IMG/VR virus record: IMGVR_UViG_3300021961_005592
Coordinates: 32,001 to 96,000 of that record
DNA: 64,000 nucleotides
Source of the DNA: a virus
Direction: 5' to 3' (one strand)
Below are positions 39,543 to 49,175 of this stretch, one piece after another. Position 1 is the stretch's first letter, and the number at the start of each line of letters is the position of its first letter. The notes below the pieces were generated by a model. It made no database searches and was not told the origin of the DNA. It saw only the letters and a list, made by a program, of their open reading frames with translations. The position numbers and the translations under genes were made by a program.

Positions 39543-40451
39543 AATAGATATCTTTGTAAGAGGAATATCTGCTGCACAAGTACACCATCTACGTGTACAT
39601 ACAACCGGGTCGCTAGGTTGCTTAAATGTTCCTGTGTATATATTACCTAAGCTTTCACCTACACGGCAAGTTGCTCGATACACTTGACCATCCCAATTTA
39701 TCATAAGGCTTTCTATTCCTGCATTGCAAGTCCATCCTTCAAAATTATTTCTATGTAGTTTAATTACATCATTAGCATGTATTTCTTCTGAATCATCTAT
39801 AATGCAGTTAGGTTTAGCAGTAGCAGTCTTTCCTAGTATCCAATCTAAATCATTAGCTTGGTATCTCATATCGTCAAACCAATCTCTATCTGCTGCGTTT
39901 GTCCATCTTATACGTCTAACAACATAGGGAATAAAATGAGAATCAAATAGATCGGCTGCTTCTCGAACTCTGTCCATATAGTTGTGATGAGCCATTAAAT
40001 TAATTTGGAATGGAATTCTACCAGGAGTTGACGGCTCGTTTCCTTGCGCAAACAATAAAATATTCATCATACACCTATACCAGTTAGCATCGTCTTCTAC
40101 ATGCAAGCTAAACACATAATGGTTAACTGGTAATTTTGTATAAAATGTTTCAGGCATTGTACCATTAGTTGTAATGTTCATCCAACTAATTTTATCTTTA
40201 GCATGTTTTAACAACGTAGGAAGGTTAGGGTTAACACATGGTTCCCCTCCTGTAAAACTAAGTCTTACGGGCTTATTTAACATTGCTAGTTTGTCTACAA
40301 CTGACATCAACAAATCTAGATTAGTATGAGGACTATGATTGTCGTGTATTTCTGCAGGACAATAACTGCAATCTAAATTACACCTCTTGCCTAAGTTCCA
40401 TTCAACATGAATACTATCCTGGTGCGGCCATTTACTTGTAATCTTATACAT
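39537..40451 (-). CDS. Radical SAM protein with C-terminal twitch domain
   Basis: CNLDCSYC, TGGEP, TTNGT, GWTCNAG...C...C...CTC. Confidence 0.9.
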   Translation of the reverse strand: MYKITSKWPHQDSIHVEWNLGKRCNLDCSYCPAEIHDNHSPHTNLDLLMSVVDKLAMLNKPVRLSFTGGEPCVNPNLPTLLKHAKDKISWMNITTNGTMPETFYTKLPVNHYVFSLHVEDDANWYRCMMNILLFAQGNEPSTPGRIPFQINLMAHHNYMDRVREAADLFDSHFIPYVVRRIRWTNAADRDWFDDMRYQANDLDWILGKTATAKPNCIIDDSEEIHANDVIKLHRNNFEGWTCNAGIESLMINWDGQVYRATCRVGESLGNIYTGTFKQPSDPVVCTRRWCTCAADIPLTKISIL

Positions 40452-41715
40452 ACGGAGCAAACTCTGGATTAACGGCAGTAAAACTTATTTGATTACGACT
40501 ATGGTCTAATCTATGATTAAATTCTATACAATCTTGCCAATGTGATTTATACATACACCGTGCTTGTAAAAAGTTAATGTTGTCTTGTATTTGTTGTAGA
40601 GTAACTTGTTCTAGTAATTTGTGTTCACGTACTAACGGGTATTTTAAAATTTCTGTTTTCATTTGTTCTAGTCTTGCTACTACTTTTGATTTTAACTCAG
40701 GAGGTAGTACTTGTGCAGATAACGGCATAGGATAAGTGACACGATGCGAATAAAAAACAATACCTAGTTTGTTAATAAAATAATCAATCACTTTATCAAT
40801 CTGCATAATGTTGTTTGCTTGCACTGTAAATGCACCAACTACTCTAGATACATTTGGAAAACTTTGAAATACTTTAATGTTTTCTTCTATTTCGCTAAAC
40901 TTACCGTTGCCTCTAATGTATTCGTAAACATCGTGTATGCCGTCTATGCTTACGTTTACAGCAATGCTTTTAAACTTAGGCCAATAGTCGTGTATAGTGC
41001 GTCCGCCTTTTATACCTAGTGTAGTACCGTTTGTAGCATACTTTAGTTCTATGTTTTTGCCGTAAGGTGCTAACATGTCAAGTATCTTGTAATGATAAGG
41101 ATCCATTAAAGGTTCCCCTCCCGCAAATTCTACTCTGCGGAAATGCGGCAGTAGTTTAGTAAAGGATGCCCACCAGTTTTCACTGTCGTCAAACGGTCCA
41201 ATATATTTTCCGGGTGTGTCTGTAAGTTTGTCTATAATTGGAATGAGAATATTATTTTCTTTTTCGTAAAAAGGCTTTACCTCGTTCCAGTCTTTCCATT
41301 GTGTACTATCTAAAGGATTACACATGCGACATTTGAGATTACAGAGGTTATTGAGCTTAATTTCCATCGTAGGAAGCTCAAACGGCATGCTGTAATCGTC
41401 GTTTAAAGCGTTTAGTGCGTTAGGGTATAAGTTGACCCTAGCTTCTGGTATAACCCCTGCTATATGACGCTGTCGTAAGCTCTGTACACCCTGATCTTCG
41501 AGGTCAAAGCAAGGTTTGCATACTTCTGGACGTTCACTGTTAAGTACTTGTCTACGTACTTCTCGCATAGTGTCGTTATTCCATGCTTCTTCTAGAGTTT
41601 CGTTTTGTATGTAGCCAATAGGAGCACTGCGGCAGCAAACTTTAATTGCTCCGTCTTCTCGTGTAGCAAGTCCTGTAAAAGGGTGCATACAAAATGTACA
41701 TGATTTATTTTTCAT
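40444..41715 (-). CDS. Radical SAM protein with N-terminal twitch domain
   Basis: FCMHPF...VCC...CKPC; CNLKCRMC; AGGEP; ATNGT. Confidence 0.9.
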   Translation of the reverse strand: MKNKSCTFCMHPFTGLATREDGAIKVCCRSAPIGYIQNETLEEAWNNDTMREVRRQVLNSERPEVCKPCFDLEDQGVQSLRQRHIAGVIPEARVNLYPNALNALNDDYSMPFELPTMEIKLNNLCNLKCRMCNPLDSTQWKDWNEVKPFYEKENNILIPIIDKLTDTPGKYIGPFDDSENWWASFTKLLPHFRRVEFAGGEPLMDPYHYKILDMLAPYGKNIELKYATNGTTLGIKGGRTIHDYWPKFKSIAVNVSIDGIHDVYEYIRGNGKFSEIEENIKVFQSFPNVSRVVGAFTVQANNIMQIDKVIDYFINKLGIVFYSHRVTYPMPLSAQVLPPELKSKVVARLEQMKTEILKYPLVREHKLLEQVTLQQIQDNINFLQARCMYKSHWQDCIEFNHRLDHSRNQISFTAVNPEFAPYV

Positions 41716-42292
41716 TTAATACCTTAACTATATTTTCACTAGTGGTTTTATGAGATTGTATACCGGGATGTAAATTATCTGTTCCTTTATCTAATAAAAA
41801 CATACCGTCTCTACAAAAATTTGAAATTTCTAATTTTTCATTTGTATACTTAGATAACTCGTGTATAGTAAATGGATAATGCAAGTATTTTAAATTTTTT
41901 GATTTTAAAAAAAGATCTGCATGGTGTATGCACATCCAACTTTTTGTATTGTAATCTGTTGCATTCATTAATTTTTGCCAAGACATATCTTTTGTTGAAG
42001 CACTAAATCTTTTTCTTAACGACTTAAATCTAGCTCCCCATTTACTAAAAATTAAATCTCGATGCGTATGTGTCCACATAATTACAATAGTATCTGTTGT
42101 TTTATAATCAAAGTTTAATACTTCGTAAAGAATTTCTGTATTACTAGCAGCAGGTTCGCCTTTGTTTATTAATTCTAAACTTAATTCTTTAGCTACTAAA
42201 GACGGCCAAGATATTTTACTTGGAAAAAGACCATCTCCGGGCAACCCTACTCCCCAAGTATAAGAACATCCAAAAGCAATTAATCTTGACAT
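41705..42292 (-). CDS. SGNH/GDSL hydrolase-fold protein (Cys-variant)
   Basis: AFGCSYTWG, NKGEPAASN, DNLHP; paralog of 19887. Confidence 0.7.
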   Translation of the reverse strand: MSRLIAFGCSYTWGVGLPGDGLFPSKISWPSLVAKELSLELINKGEPAASNTEILYEVLNFDYKTTDTIVIMWTHTHRDLIFSKWGARFKSLRKRFSASTKDMSWQKLMNATDYNTKSWMCIHHADLFLKSKNLKYLHYPFTIHELSKYTNEKLEISNFCRDGMFLLDKGTDNLHPGIQSHKTTSENIVKVLNEK

Positions 42293-42957
42293 TTACTTAT
42301 AGCCCATTCTCTCTCTTTACACCAAAAACATTCTCCGCATATCGGTACGTCTTGTCCAGGATCATATGTTGTATAATCTAAACCTTCAAACTCACCTTCG
42401 CAACTTCTTGTAATTTCTAATAAGTCTAGGATATCGTATTTGTAATATTGTTTGATAATCCAGTCTTTAGTAGTATACACAAAGGGATGATAAACGTCAA
42501 TACCCATATGTTCCATATGTATAGGTAATACCCCTTCATCTCTTTCAGGTAATGCTCCTGGTATTTCTATGTCTGGATTTTTATTTACAGCAGCAAACCA
42601 TGCATCTAATTTGTATGCATGTGCAACCCACTCGTTATGCGCACGAAGTATAATCCTGTTTCCAGGTTTCTTTGCTCCGTATTCATCTGTTATAAGAGGA
42701 CTAATAGGTTCTTCTAATTCAGGAGGAATAAATCCTTCTATGTGTTCAAAACGATTTGGAAAATTATATTTAAACCATCTAACAACTTGTTGAGCAATGT
42801 AACGTTGCCAAGGACGAGTTTTCCACATACGTATTTGTGTAGTAAAATAGATATCTGCATTAGATTCTTTTACTATAAGATATGCTAAAAGCGCACTGTC
42901 TGCACCACCGCTTAAACTAATACCAATTCTTTTCCATTCTTTATCTATGTGTATCAT
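42280..42957 (-). CDS. QueC-like PP-loop ATPase with C-terminal Zn motif
   Basis: SLSGGADS; TRSCE...CGECFWCKER. Confidence 0.7.
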   Translation of the reverse strand: MIHIDKEWKRIGISLSGGADSALLAYLIVKESNADIYFTTQIRMWKTRPWQRYIAQQVVRWFKYNFPNRFEHIEGFIPPELEEPISPLITDEYGAKKPGNRIILRAHNEWVAHAYKLDAWFAAVNKNPDIEIPGALPERDEGVLPIHMEHMGIDVYHPFVYTTKDWIIKQYYKYDILDLLEITRSCEGEFEGLDYTTYDPGQDVPICGECFWCKEREWAISKCQD

Positions 42958-43646
42958 AATTCTTTTAGAACTTTCTCAATAAATTCGGTAGGATAATTTG
43001 TTCTAAAACTATTCCAACATAACTTATTCATAGTTTCAAATGTTTGCGGGGTGTTCCAATCTATTCCTAAAGTTTCTAAATATTTTTTCATTTCGTCTTG
43101 ACGTGTACTGTATATGTGACTTTCTACATCTGCAATACTAAAATTAGGTTCGTCTTTATGATATGTAAAAAAATAATTGATACTTTTTAATTTTCCATCG
43201 ACAATAAAATAACTTGATGGATGCATACTGTACTTGTGAAGACCTAAACTTTTATGTGCTTTAATTATTTCAAGCATTTGATCTTGCCAGTCTGGTAATA
43301 CACTATCATAATTTTCTGTTAAACAACCTGCACGATTCCAAAAGTCAAGTCCGTCTATTTCCAAATGTAGTTTTTTATTTTCTAGATCAATTTTAATAAT
43401 TTTTGGAATTAAGTCCGGGTATGCATTACGCATTTGTGTAATGTAGTTAATTTCACGTAGCCACTTCTCGTTCATCTTAGTAGGATCAACTACTTGATTT
43501 TGTCCTTTATGATACTCTCCGTCGTTATAATACCATTGGACAAATTCTGTTTTATCTTTGTTAACTAGGCTTGTGTAAATTAAGTTGTTACGGCATAACC
43601 CTACTCCGGGTACGTTATTCCAGTAATAATCATAATTGTTTTCCAT
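42954..43646 (-). CDS. Protein-kinase/APH-like fold protein with degenerate catalytic loop
   Basis: WLREINY...PKII...LGLHKYSMHPSSYFIVDGKLKSINY; similar to 45506. Confidence 0.45.
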   Translation of the reverse strand: MENNYDYYWNNVPGVGLCRNNLIYTSLVNKDKTEFVQWYYNDGEYHKGQNQVVDPTKMNEKWLREINYITQMRNAYPDLIPKIIKIDLENKKLHLEIDGLDFWNRAGCLTENYDSVLPDWQDQMLEIIKAHKSLGLHKYSMHPSSYFIVDGKLKSINYFFTYHKDEPNFSIADVESHIYSTRQDEMKKYLETLGIDWNTPQTFETMNKLCWNSFRTNYPTEFIEKVLKEL

Positions 43647-43675
43647 ATAAATACTTATTGATAAGTACTTATATG
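43644..43675. promoter_or_regulatory. Near-palindromic bidirectional late promoter spanning two divergent start codons
   Basis: CATATAAATACTTATTGATAAGTACTTATATG; TAAGTA-N5-ATG on both strands, plus TATAAATA (+) and TATAAGTA (-). Confidence 0.65.
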
Positions 43676-44488
43676 ATACGAGGAATTGGCAATAAACCAT
43701 ATATCAATTTAGATCCTTACCTAGACGTGGAAGGATTTAAAAACCTGCATCCTGAAATATGCAAGGGATTTGCACTTGCACGTGACTATGCAAAAGAAGG
43801 AACTTGGATGGCACCAGGTTTTAAATTTGATGATATGAGTTATATCATCGATTGGAAGCCAATATACAAAGCATTTGCTGAGTACCAATCACTTCCAGAT
43901 GATCATCCTATTAAAGTACAAGGCCGCGAGATATTTCCTACAGACTTCAAAGATTACAAACAACGTAATACATTTACACGCTATCTTAAAACAACATTAG
44001 GTGCAAACGATCCTTACATTTATTATTTTTTATGGAATGAGGGTGACTGGAACGAGCGTAATGCAGAGCGTCAAAAAACTGAAGAATCAAAGTTTTTTCC
44101 TAAAGTAGTTGAATGGGTTGAGAGTTTACAGACTAAAGGTATTATTAACAGAATAGGTAGAGTTATTTTCTTTCATTGTGATCATAATGGTAAAGCATTT
44201 GAACATAGAGACTTAGATGCTAATAATGGTGTACACGATGACAAGCAATATAGTCCACATAACAACGAATTCATTCATATACGTTATCGTACTAAGCGTG
44301 GATTTTATATATGGGATCCTGAAAGTGAAAACAAGTATTACTTAAATTGTCATGCAGCATTTTGGAATGATCAAGATTGGCATGGTGGAGAAGAATCTAA
44401 AGAAGTAGAGTACGGTCTACGTATTGATTGTAAGTTTACACCGGAGTTTAGAAACGCTATAGGGATAGGTCACCTAGACCATTACTAA
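43673..44488 (+). CDS. Putative Fe(II)/2OG oxygenase-like (double-stranded beta-helix) protein
   Basis: IGRVIFF...EHRD...DWHGG...GLRID. Confidence 0.55.
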   Translation: MIRGIGNKPYINLDPYLDVEGFKNLHPEICKGFALARDYAKEGTWMAPGFKFDDMSYIIDWKPIYKAFAEYQSLPDDHPIKVQGREIFPTDFKDYKQRNTFTRYLKTTLGANDPYIYYFLWNEGDWNERNAERQKTEESKFFPKVVEWVESLQTKGIINRIGRVIFFHCDHNGKAFEHRDLDANNGVHDDKQYSPHNNEFIHIRYRTKRGFYIWDPESENKYYLNCHAAFWNDQDWHGGEESKEVEYGLRIDCKFTPEFRNAIGIGHLDHY

Positions 44489-44963
44489 CTTCTATTCTTA
44501 CAGGTAAAATACTTTTACCATTAATTACACTATCAACAGTTGAACATATCTGTTCGTTAGTAACGCTGGGCACAACACCTTCACCATAGTTTGAAATACT
44601 AATTAATGCACTATTTTTGAGTTCTTTATGTACATATTCTAGAAATAGTTTTTGTGATATGTACTCTGGATTGTTAAACCGTTTCATAGCAGACCAAGCA
44701 AATTGTGTTATTAGGCTTGTAAAACTTATGTTAATTTTTGCATTGCTTTTTTCTAGTAGTAAACCTTGTATAAAGTTTATGTGTGCTAAATTAATAAAAA
44801 CATCACAGTCATCTGTTAGTGTTATTAGACGGTCCTGATGTTCTCTGTTTTCTAAATTCCAACCTTGTTTTCTCGATGCAGTAGTAACGTCGTGACTTTT
44901 ATTTAAATGAGAAAATAGTACTTTTCCAATAGGACTTGTAGAACCAGTTAAAATAATTTTCAT
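44457..44963 (-). CDS. Short NAD(P)-binding SDR-like protein
   Basis: MKIILTGSTSPIG, DVFINLAH, YISQK (YxxxK). Confidence 0.7.
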   Translation of the reverse strand: MKIILTGSTSPIGKVLFSHLNKSHDVTTASRKQGWNLENREHQDRLITLTDDCDVFINLAHINFIQGLLLEKSNAKINISFTSLITQFAWSAMKRFNNPEYISQKLFLEYVHKELKNSALISISNYGEGVVPSVTNEQICSTVDSVINGKSILPVRIEVSNGLGDLSL

Positions 44964-44964
44964 A

Positions 44965-45513
44965 TCATCCCCAAATGTTAAACAAATATTTAGGCTCCGT
45001 TCCTGCGTTGGCACCAGCATGCCAACTTTTACGACCAGGCCATTGATATACATTGCCTTGAGCCTCGTTAAAAAAGACAGTGTCGTCAACTTGGAAAAAA
45101 TGCCCAGGCCTTGGGATATCTATATGACAATGAAATCGTCTGAGATTGCCTTTGGCATCTAGTGTCCTTTCGTCGTCAGTTATGTCCCAGTGCCAAGGCG
45201 CAACATCACCCGGCAAAACTTTACTAATCCAACAATTTATGTAAGACGTCATTCCAATAAAATTCATAAATGTTGTAACTACTTCTTCAGGAAATTGTTT
45301 TCCAGGAAAATGCATTTCCCAACTAGCATTGCCACCTTCTGCTTTAAATTTGTAACCTGCATTACGTAGAGGCGCAGCAACTTCGTTAACTCCTTCTACT
45401 GGATGCCCTACATCATGTTTAGGACCAATATATGCTGGTGCTGAATTATTAACACATTGGATAACGTGATTCCAATCAATTATATCATTACAATTTCCAA
45501 TAAATTTAACCAT
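44965..45513 (-). CDS. Fe(II)/2OG oxygenase, Asp/Asn beta-hydroxylase-like
   Basis: PGDVAPWHWD...SWHAGANAG. Confidence 0.65.
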   Translation of the reverse strand: MVKFIGNCNDIIDWNHVIQCVNNSAPAYIGPKHDVGHPVEGVNEVAAPLRNAGYKFKAEGGNASWEMHFPGKQFPEEVVTTFMNFIGMTSYINCWISKVLPGDVAPWHWDITDDERTLDAKGNLRRFHCHIDIPRPGHFFQVDDTVFFNEAQGNVYQWPGRKSWHAGANAGTEPKYLFNIWG

Positions 45514-46060
45514 TTAAAAAATCCCCAGGCCAATTTCCTATATTTTGTTTTATTGTGTAATCATAAGTATCTTTTATATTTAATATATTATTTTCAAACT
45601 GAAATCTATTTTTGTCATTTATGATATTACCAATCATATCTTGTTTAATTTCGTCATCGTAGCATACACATGCATGTAAGTCCATTATATGTATTTTAGA
45701 CTCTTTTATATAAAATGTGTGAGGGTATATGTTAAGTTTATATAATCCTAAACTTTCTAAGTCTATCAAAATATCTTTAATTTGTTGTTGCCAGTTGTTC
45801 GGTAAGTCTGTATTAAAATGCAACAGATGATTTAAACTGCTGTTGTACCATTTAAATTTTATTTCTTTATCAAGCGCATTAATTGAAATAATTTCAGGAG
45901 CATACGGTTTATAACAGGTTAATCCAATTCCTTTTACTTCTTGATTAAACCAAAAAGCATTTTTAAATTTCATCACAAATATGTTATCATCATAAAACCC
46001 GTCGTATATAGGTGTTGCTTGACATAGGTTGCCATCTATATATTTCTTAAATTGGATCAT
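45506..46060 (-). CDS. Kinase-like fold protein, degenerate
   Basis: FNQEVKG...APEII...LGLYKLNIYPHTFYIKESKIHIMD. Confidence 0.45.
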   Translation of the reverse strand: MIQFKKYIDGNLCQATPIYDGFYDDNIFVMKFKNAFWFNQEVKGIGLTCYKPYAPEIISINALDKEIKFKWYNSSLNHLLHFNTDLPNNWQQQIKDILIDLESLGLYKLNIYPHTFYIKESKIHIMDLHACVCYDDEIKQDMIGNIINDKNRFQFENNILNIKDTYDYTIKQNIGNWPGDFLNG

Positions 46061-46077
46061 AAGCTACTCTTGTGTCA

Positions 46078-47310
46078 TTATACTTCTAACCAACTTATAT
46101 CTGCATTTTTAATTTTTTCTCTAGCAGAATATATTTGTTCTTTACTATACATTATAGCACTAAATGGATAGATTGTCAATATAGTACTAGTATGTATAAT
46201 AGTTTTTCCGTCAATAAAACTTAATAAACTGTCAGTGTTAGTAACACAATCGCATACTAAAAAATCTACTTCTTTAGACTGTTTAAAATTATTCCAGTCT
46301 TTGAATTCTAGCAAGTATTTTTTAGATTGAATTAGATCATATTCTGAAGTAGGCTCTATACTAAGATTTTTTGCTTTTGCATAATCTAAAACAAGCTGAT
46401 TATAATTATTTCCGTCCCATTCGTTATACAATTTCCGTTTAAACTCGATGTTGTTTGGATTCTTATCGTAAAATATTATTCTTTTTGCGTTAGATTTAAT
46501 AGCCAAATCTTCAGCTAAAAATCCTGTAGCTGGAGCAATGACAGTGTCGGCGTTGCCAAGAACTTTTACTTCTTCATAATGATATGCATTTAGAACATTG
46601 AACTCTTGAACTTTAATTATTGCTGATATTAGCATTGTTTGTGCTTCGTCTAAATCTGGAATTAGAACAAGATTTTTAAGAGCATATTCGAAATTACTAG
46701 TATTTCTTGTAGGATAACAAAACCCTCTAGCAGGCAATCGTTCTCCTAAAAGATATTGATGATCGTTGTATCTCCATTCGTGATCCCAATTTGATATTTT
46801 ATATCCGTTTGACAAACAGTGGTCAATAAGTTTTGTCCCAAATTTATCTTGACGAGCTATTTTACTTTCCCCCAAAGAAATACTCAACGGAGCCCATCCC
46901 CCATGCATATCTTCTTCACTACGTATTAATTCATTACCAATTATATTACCTTGCGAAAAGTCTAATGTATTAAACGCTTTTGTATTAATAATAAAAAATT
47001 GTTCGTGCATCCACGGAGTTTCGTCTCCGTGTTGTAATAGATTGCCCATTAACCCTATATTATTTGGAATGTTATGTATCTTATCCCATATATGGTCTCT
47101 ATCAATGATAACAGTTCCGGCAGTTGCAACTACTAGCAATTCGGCAGCATTTAGGTGTTTGTTTATATCGTTGTAGTTGTTTATATAGATAACAGGATAT
47201 TTTTCTATATTTAAGATACTAATAAACGCTTCGGTTATTTGCATCATTTTTTCATTTAACCAGTTGCTTTTAGAAAAGCTCGGTACTAAAATGAAAGCTA
47301 CCTTTTGCAT
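46078..47310 (-). CDS. Hypothetical protein (possible transferase)
   Basis: 410-aa ORF within the operon; C-terminal Rossmann-like VIAPATG...IIFYDKN. Confidence 0.55.
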   Translation of the reverse strand: MQKVAFILVPSFSKSNWLNEKMMQITEAFISILNIEKYPVIYINNYNDINKHLNAAELLVVATAGTVIIDRDHIWDKIHNIPNNIGLMGNLLQHGDETPWMHEQFFIINTKAFNTLDFSQGNIIGNELIRSEEDMHGGWAPLSISLGESKIARQDKFGTKLIDHCLSNGYKISNWDHEWRYNDHQYLLGERLPARGFCYPTRNTSNFEYALKNLVLIPDLDEAQTMLISAIIKVQEFNVLNAYHYEEVKVLGNADTVIAPATGFLAEDLAIKSNAKRIIFYDKNPNNIEFKRKLYNEWDGNNYNQLVLDYAKAKNLSIEPTSEYDLIQSKKYLLEFKDWNNFKQSKEVDFLVCDCVTNTDSLLSFIDGKTIIHTSTILTIYPFSAIMYSKEQIYSAREKIKNADISWLEV

Positions 47311-47956
47311 TTTGTATCTCCAATGATCGTTGTATTAGATCTAAATATTTTGACGTACTATCATAATGGTGTATAATTAAATGATACCTGTCTTCTTGAC
47401 TAGGATTAACTACACTATGTTCATAGCTTAAATTCATAGCATATACATCACCAGGTTGAATCTCTAAAGTTTCGCCATCATTCCATTTCCACACACATCC
47501 TTTTGGATTTGTAATAGCAATATTAATAGCACCTAATATACTATGTTTGGTATCTATGTGCGGTTCAATTACACCACCGGCTTCTAGTAGCATAAATCTA
47601 GTACGACCATAGCTGTTACTTGGATATACTTCTTTTAACCATTTAGTTGTTATAGGACACATCTTTGAAATTTCTGTCCATTGCATATCTGATACTGCTT
47701 CTCTAGCATTTTTATAACCGTAAGCATCCCAAGCGTATGGGTCTTTACTTGATTTACCTACAATAGGTAAACTAGCCCATCCTTTAGTCTTATAAGATGC
47801 TCTGTAGTCTACAAAGTTTTCTTTTAAAGCAATAACTTCTGAAAATACTTCCTTGTAAGGAAATTTAATATCTAGTTTAAGATATTTTAGATCGCTCAGT
47901 AAGTATTCACGTCCTTTACACAGCTCTCCGTTAATGCATTCTTTAAATGGAGACAT
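47270..47956 (-). CDS. Asp/Asn beta-hydroxylase-like Fe(II)/2OG oxygenase
   Basis: RFMLLEAGGVIEPHID...YEHSVVNPSQEDRYHLIIH. Confidence 0.8.
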   Translation of the reverse strand: MSPFKECINGELCKGREYLLSDLKYLKLDIKFPYKEVFSEVIALKENFVDYRASYKTKGWASLPIVGKSSKDPYAWDAYGYKNAREAVSDMQWTEISKMCPITTKWLKEVYPSNSYGRTRFMLLEAGGVIEPHIDTKHSILGAINIAITNPKGCVWKWNDGETLEIQPGDVYAMNLSYEHSVVNPSQEDRYHLIIHHYDSTSKYLDLIQRSLEIQNAKGSFHFSTELF

Positions 47957-48626
47957 GCTCTAATCTGATCTCCATATTTGTTTTATTACATGCTGCTTTA
48001 AGTTCTGTAAACATTGTTTGTTCAATATCAAACTCTACATGAGTATTGTGTTGACAGAAGTTTGTTATTTCTCTGCTCTTACACCATCTGTTTAATTTAG
48101 GACTTATGTATTGATCAAATATATATCTATAATTAGTAGGCGGATTATCAATGTACATCTTAACATTAATTGGATTGTTGAGCGCAACATCAGACAGTAA
48201 TTTTCGAACAACTAGTTGATATCTAGAACTTTCACCAAAGTTTACAGCACTATGTAAAATTCCAGCATCCATACTATGCCATATGCCAGGTGCAGTTTGA
48301 AACATTTTCTGATTTTCTAAATCTATTAAGAAACTGTTGCCTGTACTAAACGACAAGTGCCATCTATCATCAATATCGGCGTGCATAGTGTAACAGGTTT
48401 TAATATCAAGATTTATAATTCTTGCTTCGCCTACATTATCATACGGAAGTGTATTTAAAATTTCTTCCCAAATAGTATCTTTGAATTCGTCCTTTAAAAC
48501 CCACTTGTCATAGAAAAATCTACCAGTCGGCATGTTAAGTGAAAGTTTTCCAATATCATCTGACAATGATGCTGTTGCTTTAGCAAGTAGATGAGAGGAG
48601 ACATGAATGTTGGTAGGTACTATCAT
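47943..48626 (-). CDS. Asp/Asn beta-hydroxylase-like Fe(II)/2OG oxygenase
   Basis: ARIINL...YTMHAD...LHSAVNFGESSRYQLVVR. Confidence 0.75.
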   Translation of the reverse strand: MIVPTNIHVSSHLLAKATASLSDDIGKLSLNMPTGRFFYDKWVLKDEFKDTIWEEILNTLPYDNVGEARIINLDIKTCYTMHADIDDRWHLSFSTGNSFLIDLENQKMFQTAPGIWHSMDAGILHSAVNFGESSRYQLVVRKLLSDVALNNPINVKMYIDNPPTNYRYIFDQYISPKLNRWCKSREITNFCQHNTHVEFDIEQTMFTELKAACNKTNMEIRLEHVSI

Positions 48627-48665
48627 AACTTTATTTATTGTTACCTATACACCTATAAATACAAT
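48627..48665. promoter_or_regulatory. Divergent late promoters abutting start codons
   Basis: Minus strand TAAATA (48632-48637)-N5-ATG; plus strand TATAAATA (48654-48661)-N4-ATG; no Shine-Dalgarno on either side. Confidence 0.65.
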
Positions 48666-49175
48666 ATGAAACACATTACTCCTTTTTGGGACGACTACTA
48701 TTTAAATTTAGATTACACTGTAGAATCTTTTAGAGATTCGGAGCAAGTTTCTCGCTGGAAGCAGTCGGGACATAACTTAAATAACTTGACTATTGATTTA
48801 TACCAAAACGCAACAGATAATAGCATAACATTAAAAATTAAAGAACACTTTCCAGACTTAAGAGATATTGGCATTTCTTTCCATAGATTACGTCCAGGAC
48901 ATTTTTTACCCATGCATGTTGATAGGTATAAATTTTATGCTTCAAGGCATAACATTACAGATCTAAATCAAATTAAAAGGTACGTTGTATTCCTTGAGGA
49001 TAGTAAACTAGGGCATATGCTAGTTGTCAATGACACAGTATATTCAAAATGGAAAGCTGGTGATGTTCAAGGCTGGAACGGAGAAACACCACATAGCGCA
49101 ATTAATGTGGGTATGGAAGATAGATATACTTTACAAGTTACCGGAATAGATGTTAGTAGAACCTTTAATCCTTGA
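48666..49175 (+). CDS. Fe(II)/2OG oxygenase-like protein
   Basis: PGHFLPMHVD...PHSAINVGMEDRYTLQVTG. Confidence 0.75.
   Translation: MKHITPFWDDYYLNLDYTVESFRDSEQVSRWKQSGHNLNNLTIDLYQNATDNSITLKIKEHFPDLRDIGISFHRLRPGHFLPMHVDRYKFYASRHNITDLNQIKRYVVFLEDSKLGHMLVVNDTVYSKWKAGDVQGWNGETPHSAINVGMEDRYTLQVTGIDVSRTFNP

Noticed and set aside
43571-45089. Longer ORF-track starts (43571, 43700, 45089; likewise 25167, 25612, 34255, 37141, 38529, 48591)
   Set aside because: Extensions overlap neighbouring genes; downstream starts fit RBS, promoter or coupling signals and domain boundaries better.
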